DNA from: Marsupella aquatica
Taxonomy: Eukaryota; Plantae; Marchantiophyta
Direction of reading: 5' to 3'
Assembly (NCBI GenBank): GCA_973895155.1
Contig: OZ316898.1
Location: forward strand, 5,753,079 to 5,817,078
DNA length: 64,000 nucleotides
The stretch's first letter is position 1, and every line of letters begins with the position of its first letter. Shown one piece after another: positions 1-10,962 of the stretch. A program made the translations under genes and the position numbers. The notes beneath the pieces are model-generated. The model had not been told where the DNA came from. It did not search any database and saw only the letters and a program-made list of their open reading frames with translations.

Positions 1-439
1 GCAATGAGGGCAAAGTGCTTTCGGTAAAGGGAGGAGTCGCGCGCGGAGAAAGAAGAGAAGGGAGAAAAAAACAACCAATACACGGAAAGGAAAGGAAACT
101 CCTTCCTTCCACTTTCCCATCATTTTTTCCCTCTCGCCTCGCGCCTCGCGCCCCGGCTCACGGCCCTATCCCGGGGTCCTCACTTCTTTTCTTCCGACCC
201 ATCACCCGCAAATAAGTATAGGGTTTTTTATTGGGTTTAGTGAAATACTTTTAAATTTCTGTTGAAGAACATTAGGGTTATTTTAATCCAATTTTGAGAA
301 TTATAAGAATCATACGGTTTTTTAAATCAAATATGGGAATATTCTTGGAATATTCTATTAAGTTAGGGGTTTAAAAATTACTAAAAAAAACTTTATTGAC
401 TTAACTTTTAGGGTGTTTATTCCCCCAAAACTTCGAGCG

Positions 440-1170
440 TGATATGGGACACCCCTTGGATTGAGGCCCCCGAGGGCCCTATGCAGGGCTCGTGCATGCC
501 AACACGCGGCTGTCACCTTGCGCCTCGCTCGCCATGCCCCCCCTCACTACCGGCTTGCGGGAGCGCCTCACGCGCCCCGGCTCCTCCTCTTTTTGCCCCC
601 CGGCTGCCTGCCTTATGTCGGGGGTTTAATTCCCCTTTCTTTTCTCCGCACGCTCGCTCCCCCCGGTTTCCCTCACGGCTGCTTCGCGCTATGCTGGTGG
701 CTTGCGTCCCTATGCAGGGCTCGCCGCACCCGACCACTTTGTGCTGGGGAATTTAACCCCCCCTCCCGACAGCCTTCCTTAGTGCTCTGCAGACGCGCGC
801 CTCCCTATGCAAGGGGGCTCGCCTCGCCCCGGCAGTCTCCCTTCATACTCACGGGGGCCTCTTTGGGTTATTTTACCCCCCTTTCCCCCTTTTTAACCCC
901 TCTCTGCGCGCTGCCCTGCGCCTGCCTTGCGCCTCCCTGCGCCTCGTTCGCAGCCCGGCAGTCTCCCTTCGCCTGCCCTCGCGGTAGCACTTAGGCATTA
1001 AGCAAAAAAAACACCCCCCTTATACACCCTCCTTGGTTACAAGGGGGTCCCCCCTAAAGTGGGCTTCGGCCTGCTTCCCTATGCAGGGGGCTCACCTCCC
1101 GGGCGCCATCGGGCCACCTCCTCCTTACCACTCGCGGTAGTACTTCTTCGCGCACTGCCTTCGGCCCAAA
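440..1170. repeat. GC-rich segment with recurrent motifs, probably part of an unidentified TE
   Basis: CCCTATGCA(A/G)GGG..CTC at about 477, 708, 803 and 1077; CCCGGCAGTCTCCCTTC at about 828 and 954; CGCGGTAG(C/T)ACTT at about 979 and 1133. Confidence 0.45.
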
Positions 1171-1622
1171 AAATTAAAAAAACTCCCCCGTAACCTAGTT
1201 GTTTACAAAGGATTTCTTTTTGTTTTGTTTATACCCCCTTTACCCTAAAACTTAAAGTTCCTCTGCTTAGACCTTGCTATTGGGGTCTCAAAAATAGTCC
1301 AAGGTAAACGGTAAATCCTACCATTGCACGTTAGGTCGCCGTAAACCTTAGAACTATTATGAGAGAAAAACAAGTAAAGTCCTCCGTGGCATTTCCAACT
1401 TATAATGACGGAATTAACTCAAAAAATAAAAAAACTGCTTATTTACAATTGTTATTTACATGGCACAACCCCGGTAAACAGTTATCGAGGATTTTCAGTG
1501 ATGGGAACCCCGTCACAGTTGACTACTTTGTATGGTGTTCACATGTGCATGGTGTCTCAGGATAAGGATTATCCCCAACGGGATAGATTAACTGCAGTGA
1601 CAAAAAAACTCTAGACCTAAAA

Positions 1623-1755
1623 CTAACTAGACTCCATGGTTACCTTAACCATAGTTACCGTATAGGATAACTCGGACGGAGACTATACAAAGAGATGCAC
1701 CCATTCATTCTATAGAGAGGAATCTCATTATCATTTCCCGCATCATTCCTCAACA
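1623..1755 (+). repeat. 5' LTR of the Bianca-like element (truncated by 9 bp at its 5' end)
   Basis: 133 bp identical to 5111-5243; ends in CAACA. Confidence 0.9.
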
Positions 1756-1770
1756 CGTTATCACCACGAC
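1756..1770 (+). promoter_or_regulatory. Primer-binding site complementary to the anticodon arm of tRNA-Ile(IAU) (half-tRNA priming type)
   Basis: CGTTATCACCACGAC versus the expected CGTTATCAGCACGAC (complement of plant tRNA-Ile GUCGUGCU[I]AUAACG, recalled from memory); one mismatch; abuts the LTR end. Confidence 0.7.
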
Positions 1771-2965
1771 TCTATACTAGTTGAGCTTGATCATGAATTT
1801 TTTTTAGGAATTTCCCTATGGCTATGATGAATGAATGTTCTCTTAAGGATTTCCAAGTTATGGAGGAGAATTGAATTGGGAGTGAGAAGGCTAGTAGTTT
1901 GAACCACCAAGAGAACATGAGTCACGTTGAAGCAACGACAGGATGTAGCATTATGGTCGCGCCGAGAGCAAGCTTATGAAGGCTGTGATATGATCAAAAG
2001 AAATTTTGTTTTGAAGGGTGATTCTGAAGATCGTGTGGGAAAGCAGTATTCAAGGCAATGATTTGAGTCAAGTGGAAAGCTATGGCTGAGGCAAGAGAGA
2101 TCGAGTTCAGCCGCGCTACTTCCTTCTACCCAACCAGGCCAGATCAACCTAAATCATTCGAGGCGATGAGTTGACAACCTTAACAAGAGGCAGAAAGAGA
2201 AGAGCAGAGACCGGATTTCACAATGTTTTCACAATTTTCTTTCCCTGAATTTCATAATGTTTCTCAACTGCTGACAGTTTCTTGTTGGTCGATCTGCGAG
2301 CCATAAAGGATGAAAGGAAATGCCCATTACACACGATCAAGTGAAGTATAGGCATTACAAGAGGCCAAACATGGATGTTGAATTGGTCGTTTGCTGATTC
2401 AATGAAGATTCCAATAAGAGCCATTTGATACAGTCGTATCAAATTGGAGAAGATAGAAGCAAATGTCATGGAGGAAGAACATCTTGGCTTTGGTTGTGAA
2501 CGTACGGGAGATGGCATCCAGCGAAAGAAACGAATCATCATTGTGGGGTCTAGATCTGATAGCATTTTCTGAATCCTAAATATGGAATGTTGTGCTTGTC
2601 CAAGAATGAGCCTGAGAAGCTGATCGCAATCAAAGAATGAGCCAAAGCGACAAGTGAGATTTCAAGAGACACACATGAATGACTTAAACATGCAATATTC
2701 GATCTCAAAATCCTCGAGAAAAACTCGAACACCAGATAAGTGCAACCCTCATTAAATGCACAGTATAGTAAAGAGTTTCTGAAATACAAATGCTTGGGCG
2801 CACTTATCCAAAGACAAGAGAATCCCATGTGTTTCAGTGCAAAATCTTCATTTTTGAAAAACTATCCATATATGCACATATTAACAAAGAAAATCTTGTT
2901 GACAACGGATGTTTTGCACTTATGGATAAACAAATGAAATGGAAAATGATAAGTGCACATTGCAA

Positions 2966-3565
2966 ATTTACACAGCAATTTACACAGTTTACACATGTAA
3001 ACACATCAACTGGTTTAGGGAAATTACATGTTACTTGTTGAATTTGCATACATTAACATGCCTTACATGTGCAACACATGCTTTACATGCATTTGACATA
3101 TTTACATGTCATACCACCCTTACTTGACTTTGCACATTGGAAATAATGGTTTTATACCAAATACCTCTACTTTCCATTTACAAAGTGGTTATTACACCCA
3201 TTTCAATCACAAAATGGTTTTTACACCATTTACACCCTAGTTTACACCTAATAATACCATCCTAGATTATACCTCATGACACCAGTTTACACTGGTGTAT
3301 GTCTTACCATTGTATAATCCCATGCTTTACATTGAGTTTATACTTGTTTACACTGGTTACACCAGATTACACTTGCTTATAGCATTTACACTGGTTTACA
3401 AAAATTTACACCATCAGGGGGAGTAAACTTTGGTCCATACACTTTTTGTGTATAAATTGACCATTTACAACTTTTACACCAATTGACATGGGTTTACACC
3501 CATTTACACCCTACATTAGGGCAATATCTTACTTAAGGGTCTTATCCTCATGGCCTTTACACCAT
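2966..3565. repeat. Degenerate TTTACAC/TTACAT short-motif array inside the LTR element
   Basis: Many copies of TTTACAC(A/C/T) and TTACAT with irregular spacing. Confidence 0.6.
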
Positions 3566-5101
3566 AAACAACTCAAACGAGAGCTTTTATAGCCATTGTT
3601 CGGTGGGATGATAGTTTTTAAGTATGGAACTAATACCATACCTTTAACCATGCTCTATGACCTAGTTTTTGAGGTACTTTGGTAAGGTATAGATTTTCTG
3701 AGATCCAGTGATCGATGGCAGATATGTTTCTCACGAAAGATCCAGAATAATCTAAGGTATAGTACTTCAGGTTAGTTCCATGACCTTAGTTTCCAGCCAT
3801 ATCCAAAAGCGGATAATCAATAACCCTTTAGGGGTTTAACTGCGAATATTTAGAAACCCGAAGTAAACTCAAATCAGAATGAGTAATGAGGGGTTAATAT
3901 GGGCAAACCCCATAACTTTGTCCGGTCCAACTTAATTCTAGCTTTCAACTATAATATATGCATAAAATGCATATTTAGGGGGAGAAAGTTTATTTTCTCA
4001 AACCCCAATCACACTTGATTTACCCACTACGAGTACATTTTGGTACTTGGTCATTAAATGGGATCTTTTGACTACCACTAGCTCTAAACTATTTTTATGC
4101 GGAGCTGTTTGACGTTTATGAATATCACTTTACCTCCGCAAGATAGCGAATCATTTTGAGCTAGCATTTTTCTGTGCTATGACACACATGGACGTTCGAC
4201 TAAATGTTTGGACTCCACAGGGTTATTTGTGAAGTTATATTGACTTGACACTTTTTGTCAAAATATGAGAACTGCAGACGTGCAGGGTAGACATGCCATA
4301 TTATACACACACCCGCTGGTGTTGTGAATGCACACCCTTTGGTGCTGCAAATTATTTTTCATATAAAAACTATTTGATACTACATGTTTTTGAAATCTAA
4401 GATTGAGAGATTTCTTTGTGTGTCGACTACACACGCTTGCGAATTGTGCATTTTGCACAAGAACCCTCTATTTAAGAATCTAATTAGGAGTCCTTGAACT
4501 CTAAGGGAGAGTTTCGATATTTGAGTTTTACGAGAATAATATATTCCTCGAAACCTTGGTTTGAGGGGGAGATCATATTTTTTGGACTTTTTACATCCCA
4601 TACTTTACGCACTCAGTTGCACGAGATGACATTATTTATTATTATACTTTACACTTTGCGCAGATGAACCACGGACAAGTGATTTTATGATAATAACTTA
4701 ATTACTAATCATTTTTTCATATATGTTTTAATTTGTATTCGATGCGAGGATGTATGTGCGGATGTATGCGCGATGGTGAGCGATTTGGAGACATGTCGCG
4801 TAGTTGTTGAGTCGTTGAGCATACGACAACTTGTGCATTTTGACGGAGTGGAGTTGTTACTGTTAACTCCACATACCACCGGATTCACTTGAGGACCGAC
4901 AGGGCTGTACTCTTTTTCCTTTAGAGCCGAGATATTTTTTTCTTCTCTGTTACCCTGAAAGAGTTTTTTTAGAGCTGTTAAAGGTTTTAACGAGGCAGTA
5001 CCTTCCTCATTTGTACTCAAATCATGCCATGTTTATAAGCATGATAATCTAGTTAGAAAACTTTTTGTCTACATAGTTATCACTATATAGCCAAGGGGGA
5101 G

Positions 5102-5243
5102 TGTTATACCCTAACTAGACTCCATGGTTACCTTAACCATAGTTACCGTATAGGATAACTCGGACGGAGACTATACAAAGAGATGCACCCATTCATTCTA
5201 TAGAGAGGAATCTCATTATCATTTCCCGCATCATTCCTCAACA
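5102..5243 (+). repeat. 3' LTR of the Bianca-like element
   Basis: TGTT...AACA ends, PPT directly upstream, identical to the 5' copy over 133 bp. Confidence 0.9.
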
Positions 5244-6424
5244 TAATAGTAATTAAGGGACAACCCATTAAAGCACATATTCACAAAGGATTCCTTTCAT
5301 TCAAAGCATATTACTTGGTACTGAGCTCTTTCTCTTTACCCTCAGGATAGAAGTTTTCCTTTAGCATGGATATCAACAAAAAATGGCATTGCATGCACAA
5401 GAGGAATCAGGACTACATGCACCAAAATAAAACAGGGTTTTCCTGCTTGTAAGCCAGTTATGCGGCTTGCTCTCTATATATATTACACTGCAGACTAACA
5501 AAAGAATCCAGGAGCATCCTAAAGACAGGAGACCAGTAAAAGGGAGAAAAGAAGAGAAAAATCCTTGGAAGACCAAAGAGTCAAAAAGCTTGGTCTTGAA
5601 CATTTTCTTTTTAGAAACTAAAATGCATGTGATGCGTTCCCCCCTCTCCAAGTCAAAGTAAACACTTTTATAGTCCTATGAGAGGCTGGGGAGGAGCCTT
5701 TATTTATATTTGGAGGAGATTGTAAGTCAGCGACTTATCTCCTTGTGAAGGGGGTATTTGCTCTCCAGCTTGCAGACACCTTTATAATTATTGACTGTTA
5801 GATTTTCCCTGATTTTATATGAACTGTTAGCTGTCGTCAGTAGACCCCATTATCTAGGGAGGTGTTTTGCAATTTTCCTCCCAGAATTGGCATTTTTTTT
5901 CCTTTTCAAGACTACTCCAGTTAATGACGTATGCATTTGGCAAAATTTTGCCCACATTAGAAAGATGGTTGTCGAACCAAAAGGATGATCCTAAGGTTCA
6001 ATAACCTTCTTTCTAATTCATCCTTAGTACTAGATAGTTGATGCTACCAAACTTTGAGAAGGATGTACAATTTCATAGATAGAAAATAATGTCCATAACA
6101 AGGCATACTGAAAACATGTTTTTCTGGAATCTCAGAAAGCAGGTTGAATTGGCCCTTGCTGCTTGGGGTCAGATGACAGGGCAAAAGTGTTTTTCCTCAG
6201 TGTTAAATAAAAGGGTTTTGGGCTTGAGTGGAGCTGTCACACTGTGGCTCAGTTGCAAGAGTTAAGCAAAGTTCCGCTGGAAAATATGTACACAAGTATA
6301 CAAATTGCAAATATTAAGGGTGGCTTCACTAGACATGGAGGCAATTGCCATTTTTTGTACCAAACCAAATTACAATGGGCACTTAGTCTTCTGAAAAAAG
6401 ACTCTAGAATATTTTTTCAAAATG

Positions 6425-6625
6425 AAGTTCAATAAATGCAAATACTTTGAATCAAGAAGCTAAAGTTGGCAAGTGTTGGGACATGCCTTAAATCCCTAAT
6501 TCTAGACATGATAAGCATTCCACATGAGCATTTTGTCGGGCCCACTACTTGCCATGTAGGATTGGTCAGCACCATACTTGGATGGCCCCCCAGTTCTTGT
6601 AAAGTTAACTGCAGTGGCATTCATA
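6425..6625 (-). repeat. Dispersed repeat; inverted relative of about 27880-28090
   Basis: GGGCCCACTACTTGCCATGTAGGAT (about 6538) matches the reverse complement of ATCCTACATGGCAAGTAGCGGGCCC (about 27946), and the flanks are also similar. Confidence 0.65.
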
Positions 6626-9600
6626 AAACAACACTTTTGTACTCAAATAGTACTGTTGGTTTGTACACATTTTTGGGGTCCAAAAGGGTCCATTGGGGCT
6701 GCAAGGTTCACTGGAGTGATCCACCCAAGCATCATGTTACATCTCACTCCCGAAAATTAAAAAACCCTAGGGGCCACTCCATCAAGTAGAATGCAACAGT
6801 GTGTTGTCCTCCACTGGATTTCGTTACAAATTCACGCAAAGTGGGCCATTGGAGTTCAAAGCCCAATAAACTGGGCCCTTAAAAATCTGGACTGGACCAC
6901 ATAATTTCCACCTGGCAGAAGTCCATTTGTCAAATCCGGGGACCTCACATGATAGATTCCAACCGAAATTAATTTGTTGTAAAGGCTGCCAAGGATATCC
7001 CGTCTCTTGACAATCATCTTCCACAGTTGGCTGTACTGTGGTAATGTCTTCTGTACTGTAGTCTGGAACTCGAACGGTTGGACAATCACGCCAAGTATAG
7101 GGAGCACTTTGGCTGCATATGCTTCTTCCTAGGCTTTGGTACTCGTACAATTTTGCGACAATTGGCCTTGGCAATTATGGCTCACTCTTCACTACAGTAC
7201 AGTTGTAAAGTATTGTAAAGTAGCAGTTCATTCCCTGTACTGTCCAAACCATGTTCCATAGAATGGATGTGCTGTGGTAAGGTCTGTTATTATAGCATTA
7301 CTGCAGTCAGGAGCTTAAATGGTTGGACAAATTCAGCCAAATATAGAGGACCCCTTTGGCTGCATTTCCTTCTGCCACGTACGATCATGCCTAAAGACGA
7401 TTGATTGCCCTTTGCCAGTTCTGGTTGTATTCATTCTAGTATCCACTAAACCCTAAACCCACCCAAGTCTCGAAGGGTTGGACAAGTCCCTCCAAACATT
7501 GCATTTTTTGTGCCCAGGCTGGGGCTTGGCCACATTTGGCCACCCCTTTCAGTCTTGACTATGGTACAGTATTACAGTACTCCATTCCAACAGACTCCAT
7601 AAACAACAGTGGGCATGAGCATCCAATATTAAATTTCATCCACACCAAAAAATGCAGAGAATATTCTATGCACTGGCCAATCCCTTCAAAATATCTATGT
7701 ACGGTAAAGTAGTTACTGTAGTGAACCGCGGAACGTCAGAGATAATATTGGGCATTCACATCAAAATATCAGTACCCAATATCCAACAACCTAGACCAGA
7801 GCAGCCGACTGGTGGGTTCCACGTGTCCCCACCAGGGAAGTTAGCGAAAGGCCTCATCAGTATCCTTGAGATGGACGCCTCAAAATAAGTCCCACCTAGA
7901 TAAGGAAGAAAAGTGAGGATAGACACAACGGTTTGACAAGGTGCTTGGATGTACTCATGAAACCCAATAGACAAGATGGATGCCTCAGAATAAGTAACAC
8001 CCCTAAAGGCTAAAGAAAAACAAGGATTGACACCAAAGTTTAATGAGTTGCTTGCATGGAGTCACACTAACTCCTACAGACACAAATCACATAAACTTGC
8101 ACTCCATAACAGTATTTACAGTGTTCTAGAGTACTTTGCTTCTGCTTGTTACATCATGGTTTGAGGCATGCACGACTGCTAGCCTCAGTTAGAAAGATGT
8201 CAGGTTGCTACATTTTGGTGCACCATGGCAGTGTTGTAAGTGACCCAGGTCTGTAGTTGGGGTGCATTTAGAGAAACTTTAATGTCCCCAGAAACTGAAG
8301 CTAGGATGGACCACCATGTTGGACATAGAGCTTATGTGTACCATATCTTGGTGGTCTGTGGAAGTTTGAGGCCCATAACTTGATTATTATGAGTCCATAA
8401 CTAATTTTCAGTTTTGCACCTCAAGGCAATTAGAGAAGGTGGAGACATAATAAAATACAAACCCAAATATTTCATACTAACACAATGGAATTCAAAATAA
8501 AGAGATGTACTCTCCTCAATTTATGGTCAAGTGATTGAAGTGTAGCCTACCTACTCCTCTAGCATTTCCCAACAACGAAAAAATAACTATATATATGAAT
8601 ATCAAGCTACTCCAAAACTCAAAAATTTGGTCTGTGGGGGTTTTAAAAACCAACCTTGTGGTCCATGAGGGGCTTCAATTGAAACTCACTAGAAAGAATA
8701 TCACCAAATAAGGAAATACAATTTTGAAAGAAGCGCTTTTTACCGTTCCCAGCGAGCCAACTACAGCCACAATTATTCACTACAGTAGATTCCATGTCTG
8801 ACTATGAATCGCGTGATCTCAACTCACTGCTCAACGCAGTCGAGGCATATCCACTAGCACCTGGCATCGGCACTCCTGGCCCCAAGACATGACTCAGCAC
8901 TCTTGAGGGAGCCACAAGCCCTGGTCCCCGCGGCCAACCCGCCCTTCCCGCCCGGCCAATGCGCCGCCTGCGCTGCTACCATGCCGGCCCTGCGATTCAC
9001 GATATCGTGGATTCTCCGCCTGTGGACCAGGAAACCTTGGTGGCCCACATTCCTTAGCATGGTACGATCTTTTGGGATGGCAATACAATAGCTGGTGAGT
9101 CAGTTCATCTCAAGCTCATCTGACTTGACAGGCAAAGATTCGTGTCCCTATTAGGGTAATTTTTAAGGTTCCCCAGCCTAATTTTTTAAGGGCTTTACTT
9201 TTTCTACGGACTGGCGATTGTACATGGAAAAGATGCTTAAAATATTTCTTATCATTATTTTACTGACCCTTCATTTTCCTGACACTTCAGATCTCTCTAG
9301 ATTTAAAGGTGATCGTTAGATCTTGGCTAATGGGGCCTATGAAAATGGCAAAAGCTTTTTGGGGAGGTAGCATTTGGCAAATTTTATCCTCTAAAAAAAA
9401 GGCTGGTTCCTCCTCGTGTACCTGTTAGGGTAATTGTTAAGGTTTTTCCGTTTTGGGTAGAGGGGGGGGGGGCGAGAGAAATCTCACCTTGCGTGAAAGA
9501 GAAGATGCTGGGAATGTAATAAAGTATACTATCTAGTTTTTAAAAGTTATTTTTTAGCGGTGAGGTCCGTAATTTAATGATAGTTTGATGTCCCTAAATT

Positions 9601-10051
9601 TCAGGATATTAGATTCTGGTTACGGAGTCTCGAGCTAGGTGGGAGAGTGGGCTAATGTACGACAAACAAATCTAGCTATTTCTGACTAAAAGTGGCGGAT
9701 ACTTTTCAGATAGAGGTGGAATTAGCGAGTTTTAGCCAATAGAAGAGACACTGTTCGATGCCTCCCTTTCAAAATCCCAGAAACTAGTATTATATCATTT
9801 TTTTAGAACATTGCTAAACCTTTGTGGCCCACATTCCCTTAGTATGGTTCGATATCATGACATGGACGGGAGACATATCATTGCATACAGTTATTATTCC
9901 TGTTTTGACACGAAAGGCCAAAGTTCTGGTCTCCCGGTTTGGCGTATCTGTCCTATCTGTCTTTTGGTGTTACATATACTCAACGAATCAGATGTGGAAA
10001 ATCACATTGCAATTAATAATATTATATTTATCATGCACAGGACTACAGGAG

Positions 10052-10962
10052 CCCGGTTTGAGCTGTCGGACAACTTGTCGTGTTGTCGGACACGATAACT
10101 TGTCATTTGTCGCTCGAAAATGACCCTATTTGTCGCATATTCCTTCTTATGCCCCGGTCCGGCCCCGGCCCGGCCAGGCCCAATCCCTTCCCGGCCAGGC
10201 CCAATCCCTTCCCGGCCCAGCCCATTCCCTCCCCGACTCTTCCCGGCCCCTTCCATTCCCGGCTCGGTCCGGCACCCGGCTCGGCCTGGTCCCTTCCTGG
10301 CTCGGTCCGGCACCCGGCTCGGCCTGGTCCCTTCCCGGCTCGGTCCGGCACCCGGCTCGGCCTGGTCCCTTCCCGGCCCCGCACCCGGCCCGGCCCACAA
10401 ACACTAGGTGAGGGCGGGCCGAGTGCGGGGCCGGGCGGGAAGGGACCGGGCGGGACATACACAGGGAAGGGAAGGGGCCGGGAAGGGAAGGGGCCGGGAA
10501 GGGGAAGGGGCCGGGCCGGGAAGGGGCAGGGCCGGGAAGGGAAGGGGCCGGGCCGGGAAGGGGCCGGGCCGGGAAGGGGAAGGGACCGGGGGATATACAC
10601 AGGGAAGGGGCAGGGCCGGGAAGGGGCAGGGCCGGGAATGGAAGGGACAGGGCCGGGAATGGAAGGGGCCGGGAATGGGAGGGGCCGGGCCGGGAAGGGA
10701 CCGGGCTGGGAAGGGGAAAGGACCGGGCCGGCCACATATACACAGGCCGGGAGAGGGGTGCTGATTCCAAATACACGAGCCGGGCCGGGATTTTCTGGTC
10801 GCGACAGGCCGGGCCGGGACGGAACCGGGTAACATTCCAGGGATAGTAGCCGGGCCGGGAATTACCGGCCGGGAGCCGGACCGGGGACCGGGGTGGACCG
10901 GGTGACAACTTGTCGGTTGTCGAATCCAAAGGCCTCTATTTGTCGGACAAGTCCAAACCGGG
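10052..10962. mobile_element. Non-autonomous TIR DNA transposon (MITE-like, 911 bp) with 8-bp TSD; hAT-like by TSD length
   Basis: TSD TACAGGAG at 10044-10051 and 10963-10970. TIRs CCCGGTTTG...CAAACCGGG extend imperfectly to about 22 bp. Subterminal TTGTCG repeats occur at both ends. The interior has a C-rich half (10151-10397, including 3 x 38-bp units at 10259-10372) and a G-rich half (10411-10900). Confidence 0.85.

Larger units (their letters stand above)
1623..5243 (+). mobile_element. Non-autonomous Ty1/copia LTR retroelement, Bianca-like, with no intact ORF
   Basis: 1623-1755 is identical to 5111-5243. The 3' LTR 5102-5243 (142 bp) runs TGTT...AACA and is preceded by the PPT AAGGGGGAG (5093-5101). 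CGTTATCACCACGAC directly follows the 5' LTR. Internal AGGGGGAG copies occur at about 3416, 3977 and 4564. The 3' region has TGTACTCTTTTTCC...GGTTTTAACGAGGCAG, which I recognise from Bianca-lineage elements. The 5' LTR lacks its first 9 bp, so no TSD can be checked. Confidence 0.85.

Noticed and set aside
439-994. 105-177-aa ORFs in the GC-rich segment
   Set aside because: No domain, low complexity, explained by base composition.
1565-1614. Hairpin plus CTAG as a Helitron 3' end
   Set aside because: The hairpin is about 25 bp from CTAG, the next base is A rather than T, and it does not coincide with the LTR junction at 1622.
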